Shown piece after piece: positions 23,750 to 30,523 of a DNA stretch of 30,523 nt. Under the pieces are notes generated by a model, which saw only the letters and a program-made list of their open reading frames with translations, was not told the origin of the DNA and did no database searches. Source of the DNA: Patescibacteria group bacterium (GTDB taxonomy: Bacteria > Patescibacteriota > Minisyncoccia > Phycocordibacterales > SBAW01); assembly GCA_038056365.1 (NCBI GenBank), contig JBBUFU010000045.1:1-30523 (forward strand). The letters run 5' to 3'. Numbering within the stretch: position 1 is the first letter of the stretch; each line of letters opens with the position of its first letter. The position numbers and the translations under genes were made by a program.

Positions 23750-25310
23750 ATATCTCCTGAAATACCGGAATTAGGTTGACGGTTATCGAGACAGACCCCG
23801 CGCCGGTGCAGGAGAGCGTAAACCGGGTCGCGCCCGTAACGGGATTGGTGGCGACACCGGTGCCGCTCCAGGTACCTGATGTGCCCGCCGGCATTGTCAC
23901 CAAGAAGACGCTCGCGGGCAAAGAGCGCACCAAGCATGTTACGGCCGGGTCTCCAACAAGGCCGGCGGCGCTCCACGAAAGGACTGCAGGGTTTCCCTTG
24001 CTCACTCTGTATTGCGCGGCGCTTAGCGAGAGCGTTGGGGGGATCGGGGTGCAAGAGCCATTGGTGAGCGTATAGCCGTTTGCGCACGAACACAGCGGAG
24101 GTACGGCATGCGGGTCGGAGCAGGTTGTGGGGAGGACGCACGCGCCATTTTGCAAGATGTAGCCGACGTCGCAATTGCACGTGGGGTAGTTTATCTGGTG
24201 TGCGCCGGGGCAGGTGCGCTCATTGGGCACACACCGGCCGCTACCGGAGCCGTACAAACTTGTGTTGCCCGGAGACCCCGGCTCCCAGTGCGTGCCGGCA
24301 GGACATACCGGATGTGCAATCACTCTCAGTGATTTACCGTAATTGTTCCAGTTGGAGTACTGCCCGGTTTGGGCGGCCGGATAAAAAATATACTGTCCGG
24401 CCGCTGTCGGAATAAACGTGTAACTCTTTGACCCCAGCGGGGCGGCCGTCCACATCGAAGCGTTGCATATATTGCCGGTGCCGCACCATAAATTGTTTTG
24501 GTAGTTATTGATTGCGGTCTTGAACAGCGTGTCTCCCGCCGCCGGTATAAATGTGGCCGAGACCGTCACTGCCTCGCCGACCGCGACCGTGATCGAACCG
24601 GTTTGGCCGTTGCCTACGATGGTAAGCATCGGTGGCGGTGTAAGGTATATTGCTACGTAGCCGTTTGCGCCGTTTTGCCCGGAGTGGCCGCTGGCGCCGC
24701 CGGAGCCTTGTCCACTCCCGTTGGTGCCCCCGGCATTACTGCCCGCATAATACAAAGCTCCGCTCTGGCCCTTGCCGCCGCCGGGCGTGCCTCCCGCACC
24801 GCCGGCCCAGCTGGAGTTGCCGATGCCGCCCGTTGCGATTACCGAACCGCCAAACGATGAACCGCCGCCGGCCGCCCCGGAAGAGGGATTGTCCCGGCCG
24901 CAAACAAACGGGCCGCCGGTGCCGCCGGTGCCGACCACCACTGTATATTGAGCGCCCGGTGTCACCGGCACCTCTTGGCCGGTGATATAGCCGCCCGAGC
25001 CGCCCCCGCCGCCGGTATCGGCGTCGCCGCCACATCCGTCACTCCACCGAAGGCCGCCTCCGCCGCCGCCCGCGCCGACGACCGTGACCCACACTCGTGT
25101 CACGTAGCCGGGGGCTGTCCAAGTGTAGGTGCCGTTGCTCGCATAGGTTGCCACGGCCGCCGGCTGGGAAGACAAACTTTTTTGCAACGATAATTTGCCC
25201 GTGCTCGAAAAAAAGGGCGCGTTGCCCGAGAGTACGAGCGCTACGCCGACAAGCAAGGCAAATCCCGCACACAAAACAACAAGTTCCCACGGCTTTTTGT
25301 CTGGGCTCAT
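23748..25310 (-). CDS. Membrane-anchored/secreted surface protein with a glycine-rich domain and Cys-rich EGF-like repeats
   Basis: N-terminal hydrophobic helix; YTWTAP..VTVVGAGGGGGG...GGSGGY...YTVVVGTGG Gly-rich module; CxC-x-GY-x4-G-x-C repeats; C-terminal beta domain. Start 25310 lies 12 nt after a minus-strand TATAAT. Confidence 0.65.
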   Translation of the reverse strand: MSPDKKPWELVVLCAGFALLVGVALVLSGNAPFFSSTGKLSLQKSLSSQPAAVATYASNGTYTWTAPGYVTRVWVTVVGAGGGGGGLRWSDGCGGDADTGGGGGSGGYITGQEVPVTPGAQYTVVVGTGGTGGPFVCGRDNPSSGAAGGGSSFGGSVIATGGIGNSSWAGGAGGTPGGGKGQSGALYYAGSNAGGTNGSGQGSGGASGHSGQNGANGYVAIYLTPPPMLTIVGNGQTGSITVAVGEAVTVSATFIPAAGDTLFKTAINNYQNNLWCGTGNICNASMWTAAPLGSKSYTFIPTAAGQYIFYPAAQTGQYSNWNNYGKSLRVIAHPVCPAGTHWEPGSPGNTSLYGSGSGRCVPNERTCPGAHQINYPTCNCDVGYILQNGACVLPTTCSDPHAVPPLCSCANGYTLTNGSCTPIPPTLSLSAAQYRVSKGNPAVLSWSAAGLVGDPAVTCLVRSLPASVFLVTMPAGTSGTWSGTGVATNPVTGATRFTLSCTGAGSVSITVNLIPVFQEI

Positions 25311-25346
25311 ACGTATGAGCCTATTATACAACCCGTGCGGGCGGCC

Positions 25347-25937
25347 CTATTTCTTATCTACGCGCTCGACGTACTCTCCCAGTTCGGTATTGACCCGGAC
25401 GAGGTCGCCCTCGTTGATAAAGAGGGGGGCGGTCACGGTGGCGCCGGTTTCGAGCGTCACGACCTTACTGCCGCCCTGGGCGGTGTTGCCGCGCACGGCG
25501 GGCGGCGCGTCTGTTACTTTAAGCTCCATTTTGATGGGGATTTTGATGCCGATTATTTTTTCGTCAAAAACCAGCGCCTCGACCAGCATGTCGGGCTTCA
25601 TAAACTGCGCCCCCGTACCGATGGTTGATTCGGAGAGCATAAAGCGGTCGGCCGGATTCTTTTCGTCGCAAAACCACCGCTCGCCCTGCCTACCGGCAGG
25701 CAGGCCTTGTTTGGTGTAGAGGTATTTGACCGACTTGGTGGAGAGGTCGGCCTCGGAAGCCTTTTCCGAGACGTGGAAGGCCATCTCGGTCACCTTGCCG
25801 GTGACAAGGTGGCGCAGTTTGGTTTGGTTGACCGGCTTGCGCTGCTGTTTGCGGAAGACGTGCGCGTCGAGCACCTCGTAGGGTTCGTCGCCCACGAGTA
25901 TTACTTTGCCTTTGAGAATTTCATTGTATTCGAGCAT
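25347..25937 (-). CDS. efp: Elongation factor P
   Basis: KLRHLVTGKV, YLY, VTDAPPAVRGNTAQGGSKVVTLETGATVTAPLFINEGDLVRVNTELGEYVER. Start ATG 25937. Confidence 0.93.
   Translation of the reverse strand: MLEYNEILKGKVILVGDEPYEVLDAHVFRKQQRKPVNQTKLRHLVTGKVTEMAFHVSEKASEADLSTKSVKYLYTKQGLPAGRQGERWFCDEKNPADRFMLSESTIGTGAQFMKPDMLVEALVFDEKIIGIKIPIKMELKVTDAPPAVRGNTAQGGSKVVTLETGATVTAPLFINEGDLVRVNTELGEYVERVDKK
25685..25704. repeat. Short palindromic element CCTGCCT-ACCGGC-AGGCAGG inside efp
   Basis: Perfect 7-bp stem; the 21-bp unit is flanked by a GCC direct repeat (25683-85 and 25704-06) and encodes LPAGRQG. Confidence 0.7.
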
Positions 25938-25943
25938 TGAGAG

Positions 25944-25953
25944 ACTATATACT
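25944..25953. promoter_or_regulatory. Overlapping divergent -10 boxes for efp and the ligase operon
   Basis: Plus-strand TATACT (25948-53) is 6 nt before ATG 25960; minus-strand TATAGT (25949-44) is 6 nt before ATG 25937. Confidence 0.65.
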
Positions 25954-25959
25954 AGCGGT

Positions 25960-27186
25960 ATGCAGTGGGTCAATCGCGCGGCACTCCAAACCTTGCTTGA
26001 TTTTGTTGTGGACAGCCCGCACTCTTCGCTGTATCGCGACAAATACACGCGCGCAGGGTTGGCCGAGCCGGCGGTCGACGATTTTTCAAAATTGCCGACG
26101 CTGTCGCGCCGCGAGTTGGTCGACCTGCCGGTAGCAAAGCGTACGTTTGTGCCGTCCGGCGAAGTGCGCTTTGTCGCGTTTACCTCCGGTACGTCGGCGC
26201 GCGCGCCGCTTATCGTGCCCTTTAGCGACGTCGAGAACTACTTTTTTGAGCCCTCGCTCGGTCTCCCGGTCCTCCGGCCGCTCATTATTTATCCGCCGCT
26301 CAACAAAAACTTCGGCGCGAGTTTTATCCAACAGTGCCGGCAAGCCAAGGCCCCCGTCTCGCCGATGTTTGCCGACTTTCAAAACTTGGCCAACAGCGCG
26401 CTTCTCGCCAGAGAAATGCAGTGCGACTCGCTGTATGCCACCCCCACCATCGCGAGCCTCTTTGCCGGACAGGCGCGTGCGCAGGGTATCGAGCGGAATT
26501 TTAAACTACTGGCGCTTTCTTCCGAAACGCTGACGGCGGCGCGGCGCGCGGAGCTTGGCCGCGCGTACCCAGGTGCAAAAATCGCCAACTTGTATGCCAG
26601 CTCCGAAATAGGGCAGTTTGTCATGGCGCCCTGCCCCCGCATGATCGAGCGCGGAGTGAGCGAGTTTCATATCATCGCCGACGCGCTCGCGGCGGTCGAA
26701 ATCATAGACGGCGAACTGGTGGTGTCTTATGGGCAGAACCGCGCCATGCCGCTGGTGCGCTACCGCACCGGCGATTTTTTTGAGGAGGGAGAGCCGTGCG
26801 CCTGCGGCCTGCCGGGGCCGACCCTGCGCTGGTCGCATCGCGACGCAGACCGCGTGCGCATCAACGGCCTGGAGTTTACGGTCGAGGAGGCCGATCGCGT
26901 GATGGGGGAGTTGCCGCACATGCCTGCGCCCGACTACCAAATACACTTCGAGCCGGGCGAGGGCGCCGCCGTAATGATGCGTATCGAGATAGTCGGCGGC
27001 CCCGAGACTCATGCGCAGGCCGCCGGCATTGCGCGCGACCTCCCCGCGCGCTGGCGGCTGTCCTCGACCGCAACGCTCCGCGATGCCCTCGATCGCGGAC
27101 TGTTGTCGGGCATCAGCGTCGAAATAGTGCCTGTGGTGTCCGACCGCACCGCCAAAGCAAAACGCTTTGTCACCCATGTACGCTAA
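25960..27186 (+). CDS. Phenylacetate--CoA ligase (PaaK)-family adenylate-forming enzyme
   Basis: P-loop FTSGTS, YASSEIG, LVRYRTGD, C-terminal KAKR catalytic lysine motif. Confidence 0.8.
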   Translation: MQWVNRAALQTLLDFVVDSPHSSLYRDKYTRAGLAEPAVDDFSKLPTLSRRELVDLPVAKRTFVPSGEVRFVAFTSGTSARAPLIVPFSDVENYFFEPSLGLPVLRPLIIYPPLNKNFGASFIQQCRQAKAPVSPMFADFQNLANSALLAREMQCDSLYATPTIASLFAGQARAQGIERNFKLLALSSETLTAARRAELGRAYPGAKIANLYASSEIGQFVMAPCPRMIERGVSEFHIIADALAAVEIIDGELVVSYGQNRAMPLVRYRTGDFFEEGEPCACGLPGPTLRWSHRDADRVRINGLEFTVEEADRVMGELPHMPAPDYQIHFEPGEGAAVMMRIEIVGGPETHAQAAGIARDLPARWRLSSTATLRDALDRGLLSGISVEIVPVVSDRTAKAKRFVTHVR

Positions 27187-28741
27187 GCTCGAACAATACG
27201 GGTACGTCCTGCCGGCCCTCTCGGGAGTCCTTTTGGTGCTGACTTTTCATCCCTTTGATTTTTGGCCGCTGGGGTTTGTCGCGCTGATGCCGCTCTTTTA
27301 TTTTATTACCGCTTTCCCCGGCCGGCCGGCATGGCGTACTTTTTGGGGCGGCTTTATCACCGGCGGACTGTTTGCCTTTGCACTGTCGTACTTTACGCTC
27401 ATCCAGTTCCACTGGTTGCCCGGCGCGTATTTGTTTGCCGGTGCGGTGCGTTTGCTGGTCGTACCTATCACGCTATTGTCGGGCGCACTGGTGGGCTTGC
27501 TCTCGGTCGTCGTGTACCGGGCTTTCTACTCGCGTTCCATATTTCTTAATGCGCTCCTGGCCGCGGCCGTCTACACCGCCGCCGAGTTACTGCTCCAACG
27601 TCTCTTTGGCGGGTACTATCTTGCAACGTTGGCATACGCGGCCGTGCCGCTTCCGCCCCTGCTTAGCCTGGCGGCGCTCGGCGGCGCCCCCCTCCTGTCG
27701 TTTTTTGTCGCCTGGATAAACGGTTTTTTAACCGAGGCCCTGATAGCCTGGCGTACCCGGCCGCAGGCGCTCGCCCGTGCGGCGGCCGCATCGGCGGCGC
27801 TTTTTCTGGTCGTGTTTCTGCCGAATTATATCTACTTGCACCGGCCGCTCGCGGCGCAAAAGACGCTCTCGGTTGCGGTACTACAGGCGGCCTCGCGCGG
27901 GACAATAGCCTTTGGCACGCAAAAAAACGGCGTATTTTTTTGGTCGATGGGACAGCGCCTTGCGCAGGCCGCCGCGACCGCGCCTGACCTTTTGATATAT
28001 CCGTTCTCGCCGGTCGAGGGTGCGCTGTACCGCTCGCAGGCTCCCGCGTTCAACAAAGAGGTGTTGGTGGCGAGCGAGCAGTCGGTCGCGCGGTTTCTGG
28101 CCGGGACTCTGCCCGCAAGCACGACGCTCATGACCTGGAACAATCTCTACGCCGACGGCAGTTTTTATAACGAGTACGAGTTGTGGCGCGGCGGCCGTGT
28201 TGTGTCTGAGTATCAAAAGCGCGAGCTGTTTGCCTTTATGGATTACACGCCGCGGTGGGCGCAAAAGTTTGGTCTTTTTTCGACGCCGTTCGACGTCACG
28301 CCCGGCACTCCCGACAATCGTTTGGTGCTCGATGGGGTGCCGCTCGGAGACCTCATGTGCTCGGAGCTCCACCATACTTCGCTCGCGCGTAGCGAGGCGC
28401 GCCGCGCGCCGCTTATTATCGCGGTCGGCTCAGAGGCGATGTTTGAGGACGATGTGGCGAGCGCCTTTAGCCTCAAGGCGGCGCAATTGCGCGCGGCCGA
28501 AAACGACCTGCCGGTCGTCCGCGGCAATATTTTGGGGCCCTCGGGCATCATCGACCGCTTCGGCGTTTTGACCGCGTACGCGCCCGCCGGCACGGCGGGC
28601 GCTATCGCGGGGGAGGTGGCGCTTACGGCCCCGCGCCAAACGCTCTACAACCGCCTCGGCGACTCTATAATATGGGTCGTTTTGTGTGGCATACTAGCCA
28701 GCGCATGGTACACACGCTCACGGGCAAAAACCTTACGATAG
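27176..28741 (+). CDS. Apolipoprotein N-acyltransferase (Lnt)-like membrane protein with a CN-hydrolase domain
   Basis: Lnt-like multi-TM N-terminus (LTFHPFDFWPLGFVALMPL); nitrilase-fold motifs YQKRELFAFMDY, LMCSE and LRAAENDLPVVR...GPSGIID; C-terminal TLYNRLGD. Confidence 0.8.
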   Translation: MYAKLEQYGYVLPALSGVLLVLTFHPFDFWPLGFVALMPLFYFITAFPGRPAWRTFWGGFITGGLFAFALSYFTLIQFHWLPGAYLFAGAVRLLVVPITLLSGALVGLLSVVVYRAFYSRSIFLNALLAAAVYTAAELLLQRLFGGYYLATLAYAAVPLPPLLSLAALGGAPLLSFFVAWINGFLTEALIAWRTRPQALARAAAASAALFLVVFLPNYIYLHRPLAAQKTLSVAVLQAASRGTIAFGTQKNGVFFWSMGQRLAQAAATAPDLLIYPFSPVEGALYRSQAPAFNKEVLVASEQSVARFLAGTLPASTTLMTWNNLYADGSFYNEYELWRGGRVVSEYQKRELFAFMDYTPRWAQKFGLFSTPFDVTPGTPDNRLVLDGVPLGDLMCSELHHTSLARSEARRAPLIIAVGSEAMFEDDVASAFSLKAAQLRAAENDLPVVRGNILGPSGIIDRFGVLTAYAPAGTAGAIAGEVALTAPRQTLYNRLGDSIIWVVLCGILASAWYTRSRAKTLR

Positions 28742-30258
28742 CGGCGCTCAACGCCATTGCGCGCGGGGCCAAGGTAAAGATTTCGCAGGCGGCTTTGCGC
28801 CGCGCCGGCCGCTCAAAGGAGTTTCTTGACCGCGAGGCGCGCAAGCGTATCATCTACGGCGTCAATACCGGTTTTGGGCCTATGGCCTCGCGCCTCATAG
28901 GCAAAGATGACCTCGGGGCCCTGCAGTACAACCTGGTGCGCAGTCATGCCTGCGGCGCGGGCGAACCGGTCGCGGACGAGTACGTGCTTGCGGCGATGGT
29001 AGTGCGGCTCAATACGCTTTTGCGCGGCGACTCCGGCGTCACGGCCAGCCTCTTGCATCTGCTCGCCAAGCTTATTAACGCAAGGTTCGCTCCGGTAGTC
29101 CCCGAACACGGCGGGGTAGGAGCCTCGGGCGACCTTATCCAGCTCTCGCATATCGCGCTCGGGCTTATCGGCGAGGGCGAGGTGCGCCTGCGCGGCAGGC
29201 GCATGAGCGCAAAGCGGGCTCTGCAAAAACTCAACCTTAAACCCCACCGTTTGGGGCAAAAAGAAGGCTTGGCGCTCATCAACGGCACGTCCTTTATGGC
29301 CGGCGTCGCAGCGCTGGTTGCGCACGAAGGGCGGCAGATACTTGCTATCGCCGTGCGCGCGAGTGCCTTGGCGCTCGAGGCCGTAGGCGCGTTTGACGAC
29401 AGTCTCGCGCCGTACCTCCATGCCGCCCGGCCGCACCCGGGGCAGGGCGAGGTGGCCCGGTTGTTGCGCGCGCTCACCAAAGGCTCAAAACTTTTGCGCC
29501 CGCGCCAAGCGTTTGAACACTCCCAAGCGCTTGAAGAGGGAACCGTCGACCTTGAGCGCAAAGCGCAGGATGTCTACTCGCTCCGTTGTGCGCCTCAGAT
29601 ACTCGGGCCCATGCTCGAGACGCTCCGCATGGTTGAGCATACGATTGAAGTTGAGATTAATTCGGCGACCGACAACCCGCTTATCGACGCGGGGGCCGGC
29701 CGGGTGCTCCACGGGGGCAACTTTCACGGCGAATATATTGCGGCGGCGATGGACAACCTCAAGCTTTCGCTCGCCAAGCTGTCGGTGCTGTGCGAGCGGC
29801 GGCTGAACTTCTTTTTGCACGACAAGGTCAACGGCATCTTCCCGCCGTTTCTTAACACGGGTACGCCGGGGCTCACCCTCGGCCTGCAGGGCCTGCAGTT
29901 TGTTGCGACGTCGACCGCGGCACAAAACCAGACCCTGGCTTATCCGCATTCGCTCCACTCGATACCGAGCAACGCCGACAATCAGGACGTCGTTTCGATG
30001 GGCGCGGACGCGGCGCTGTTTGCCGCGTGCACCGCCGCCAATACCGCTTTGGTGGTGGCAATCGAGCTCGCAGCGCTTTCGCAGGCGTTTGCCATAACCA
30101 AAGGCGAGCGCAGGGCGAGCCCGCAGGGCAGGGGGCTCATCGGGGCGATACGCAACAGAGTGAAGACGGTAGCGGAAGACCGCCCTCTGTGGCGCGACAT
30201 GCAAAACCTCGCCGGGGCGGTGCGCCGCGGCGAGGTGTGCGAGCCCCTTTTTGATTAA
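28705..30258 (+). CDS. MIO-dependent aromatic amino acid ammonia-lyase (HAL/PAL/TAL family; TAL/PAL-like motifs)
   Basis: IYGVNTGFG, MIO tripeptide ASG (GVGASGDL), EGLALINGT, YSLRCAPQILG, DNPLI, GGNFHG, NQDVVSMG. Start ATG 28705. Confidence 0.9.
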   Translation: MVHTLTGKNLTIAALNAIARGAKVKISQAALRRAGRSKEFLDREARKRIIYGVNTGFGPMASRLIGKDDLGALQYNLVRSHACGAGEPVADEYVLAAMVVRLNTLLRGDSGVTASLLHLLAKLINARFAPVVPEHGGVGASGDLIQLSHIALGLIGEGEVRLRGRRMSAKRALQKLNLKPHRLGQKEGLALINGTSFMAGVAALVAHEGRQILAIAVRASALALEAVGAFDDSLAPYLHAARPHPGQGEVARLLRALTKGSKLLRPRQAFEHSQALEEGTVDLERKAQDVYSLRCAPQILGPMLETLRMVEHTIEVEINSATDNPLIDAGAGRVLHGGNFHGEYIAAAMDNLKLSLAKLSVLCERRLNFFLHDKVNGIFPPFLNTGTPGLTLGLQGLQFVATSTAAQNQTLAYPHSLHSIPSNADNQDVVSMGADAALFAACTAANTALVVAIELAALSQAFAITKGERRASPQGRGLIGAIRNRVKTVAEDRPLWRDMQNLAGAVRRGEVCEPLFD

Positions 30259-30261
30259 TGT

Positions 30262-30492
30262 TTAGAGTATCGAACTGCAGCCGGTAAAGTGCGTGCCGTC
30301 GCTGCTCAGTTGGCAGGCGGTCGCGGGGGCGACACGCAGGGCTTTGCTGTCACCGAGTGCCTTGACGATAAAGGCGGTGACCGCTTGGGCGGCTACGGTT
30401 GCGGCGACAAGCGCGGCGACCATGAACAGAAGCATCGATGCTAGGAGGTTAGTAGTAAGGGTCATGGCTTTATTATGTTCCTGATTATTCAA
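30262..30492 (-). CDS. Small hypothetical membrane/secreted protein with a C-terminal Cys pair
   Basis: One long Ala-rich hydrophobic helix then CQLSSDGTHFTGC; alternative start 30465. Confidence 0.45.
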   Translation of the reverse strand: MNNQEHNKAMTLTTNLLASMLLFMVAALVAATVAAQAVTAFIVKALGDSKALRVAPATACQLSSDGTHFTGCSSIL

Positions 30493-30523
30493 AGCCTTCT
30501 ACTTGCACAGGAGAATCTGATGG

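Noticed and set aside
28705-30258. Histidine utilisation (hut) operon
   Set aside because: No urocanase, imidazolonepropionase or formiminoglutamase genes are adjacent, and the C-terminal motif is NQD-type rather than HutH QED-type.

Overview
A 30.5-kb, gene-dense, mostly GC-rich bacterial chromosomal segment read with the standard genetic code. Gene content and style suggest a Patescibacteria/CPR (probably Parcubacteria) genome; this is inferred, not proven. It carries: nusG-rplK; a thymidylate/nucleotide-salvage cluster (folA, HIGH-family nucleotidyltransferase, dCMP deaminase, thyA, HIT, MazG-like, glyA); four aminoacyl-tRNA synthetases (argS, ileS with an inserted histidine-phosphatase domain, homodimeric glyS, metG); recO, tatD, rpsF-ssb-rpsR and efp. 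Two accessory modules stand out. (1) A complete diversity-generating retroelement (DGR) at ~18.9-21.55 kb: target gene, 3' variable region, GAAA hairpin, template repeat, an antisense avd and a DGR-type reverse transcriptase. The 120-bp VR/TR alignment has 17 mismatches, all at TR adenines. (2) An overlapping three-gene operon at 25.96-30.26 kb encoding a PaaK-like aryl-acid ligase, an Lnt-like membrane acyltransferase and an MIO ammonia-lyase with TAL/PAL-like motifs, which may be an undescribed aromatic-acylation pathway. Also noted: short palindromic elements sitting in-frame inside efp, ileS and avd; a recurring -10 box 6-7 nt before start codons (leaderless transcription); a minimal kinase-like orphan; and several structured intergenic elements.
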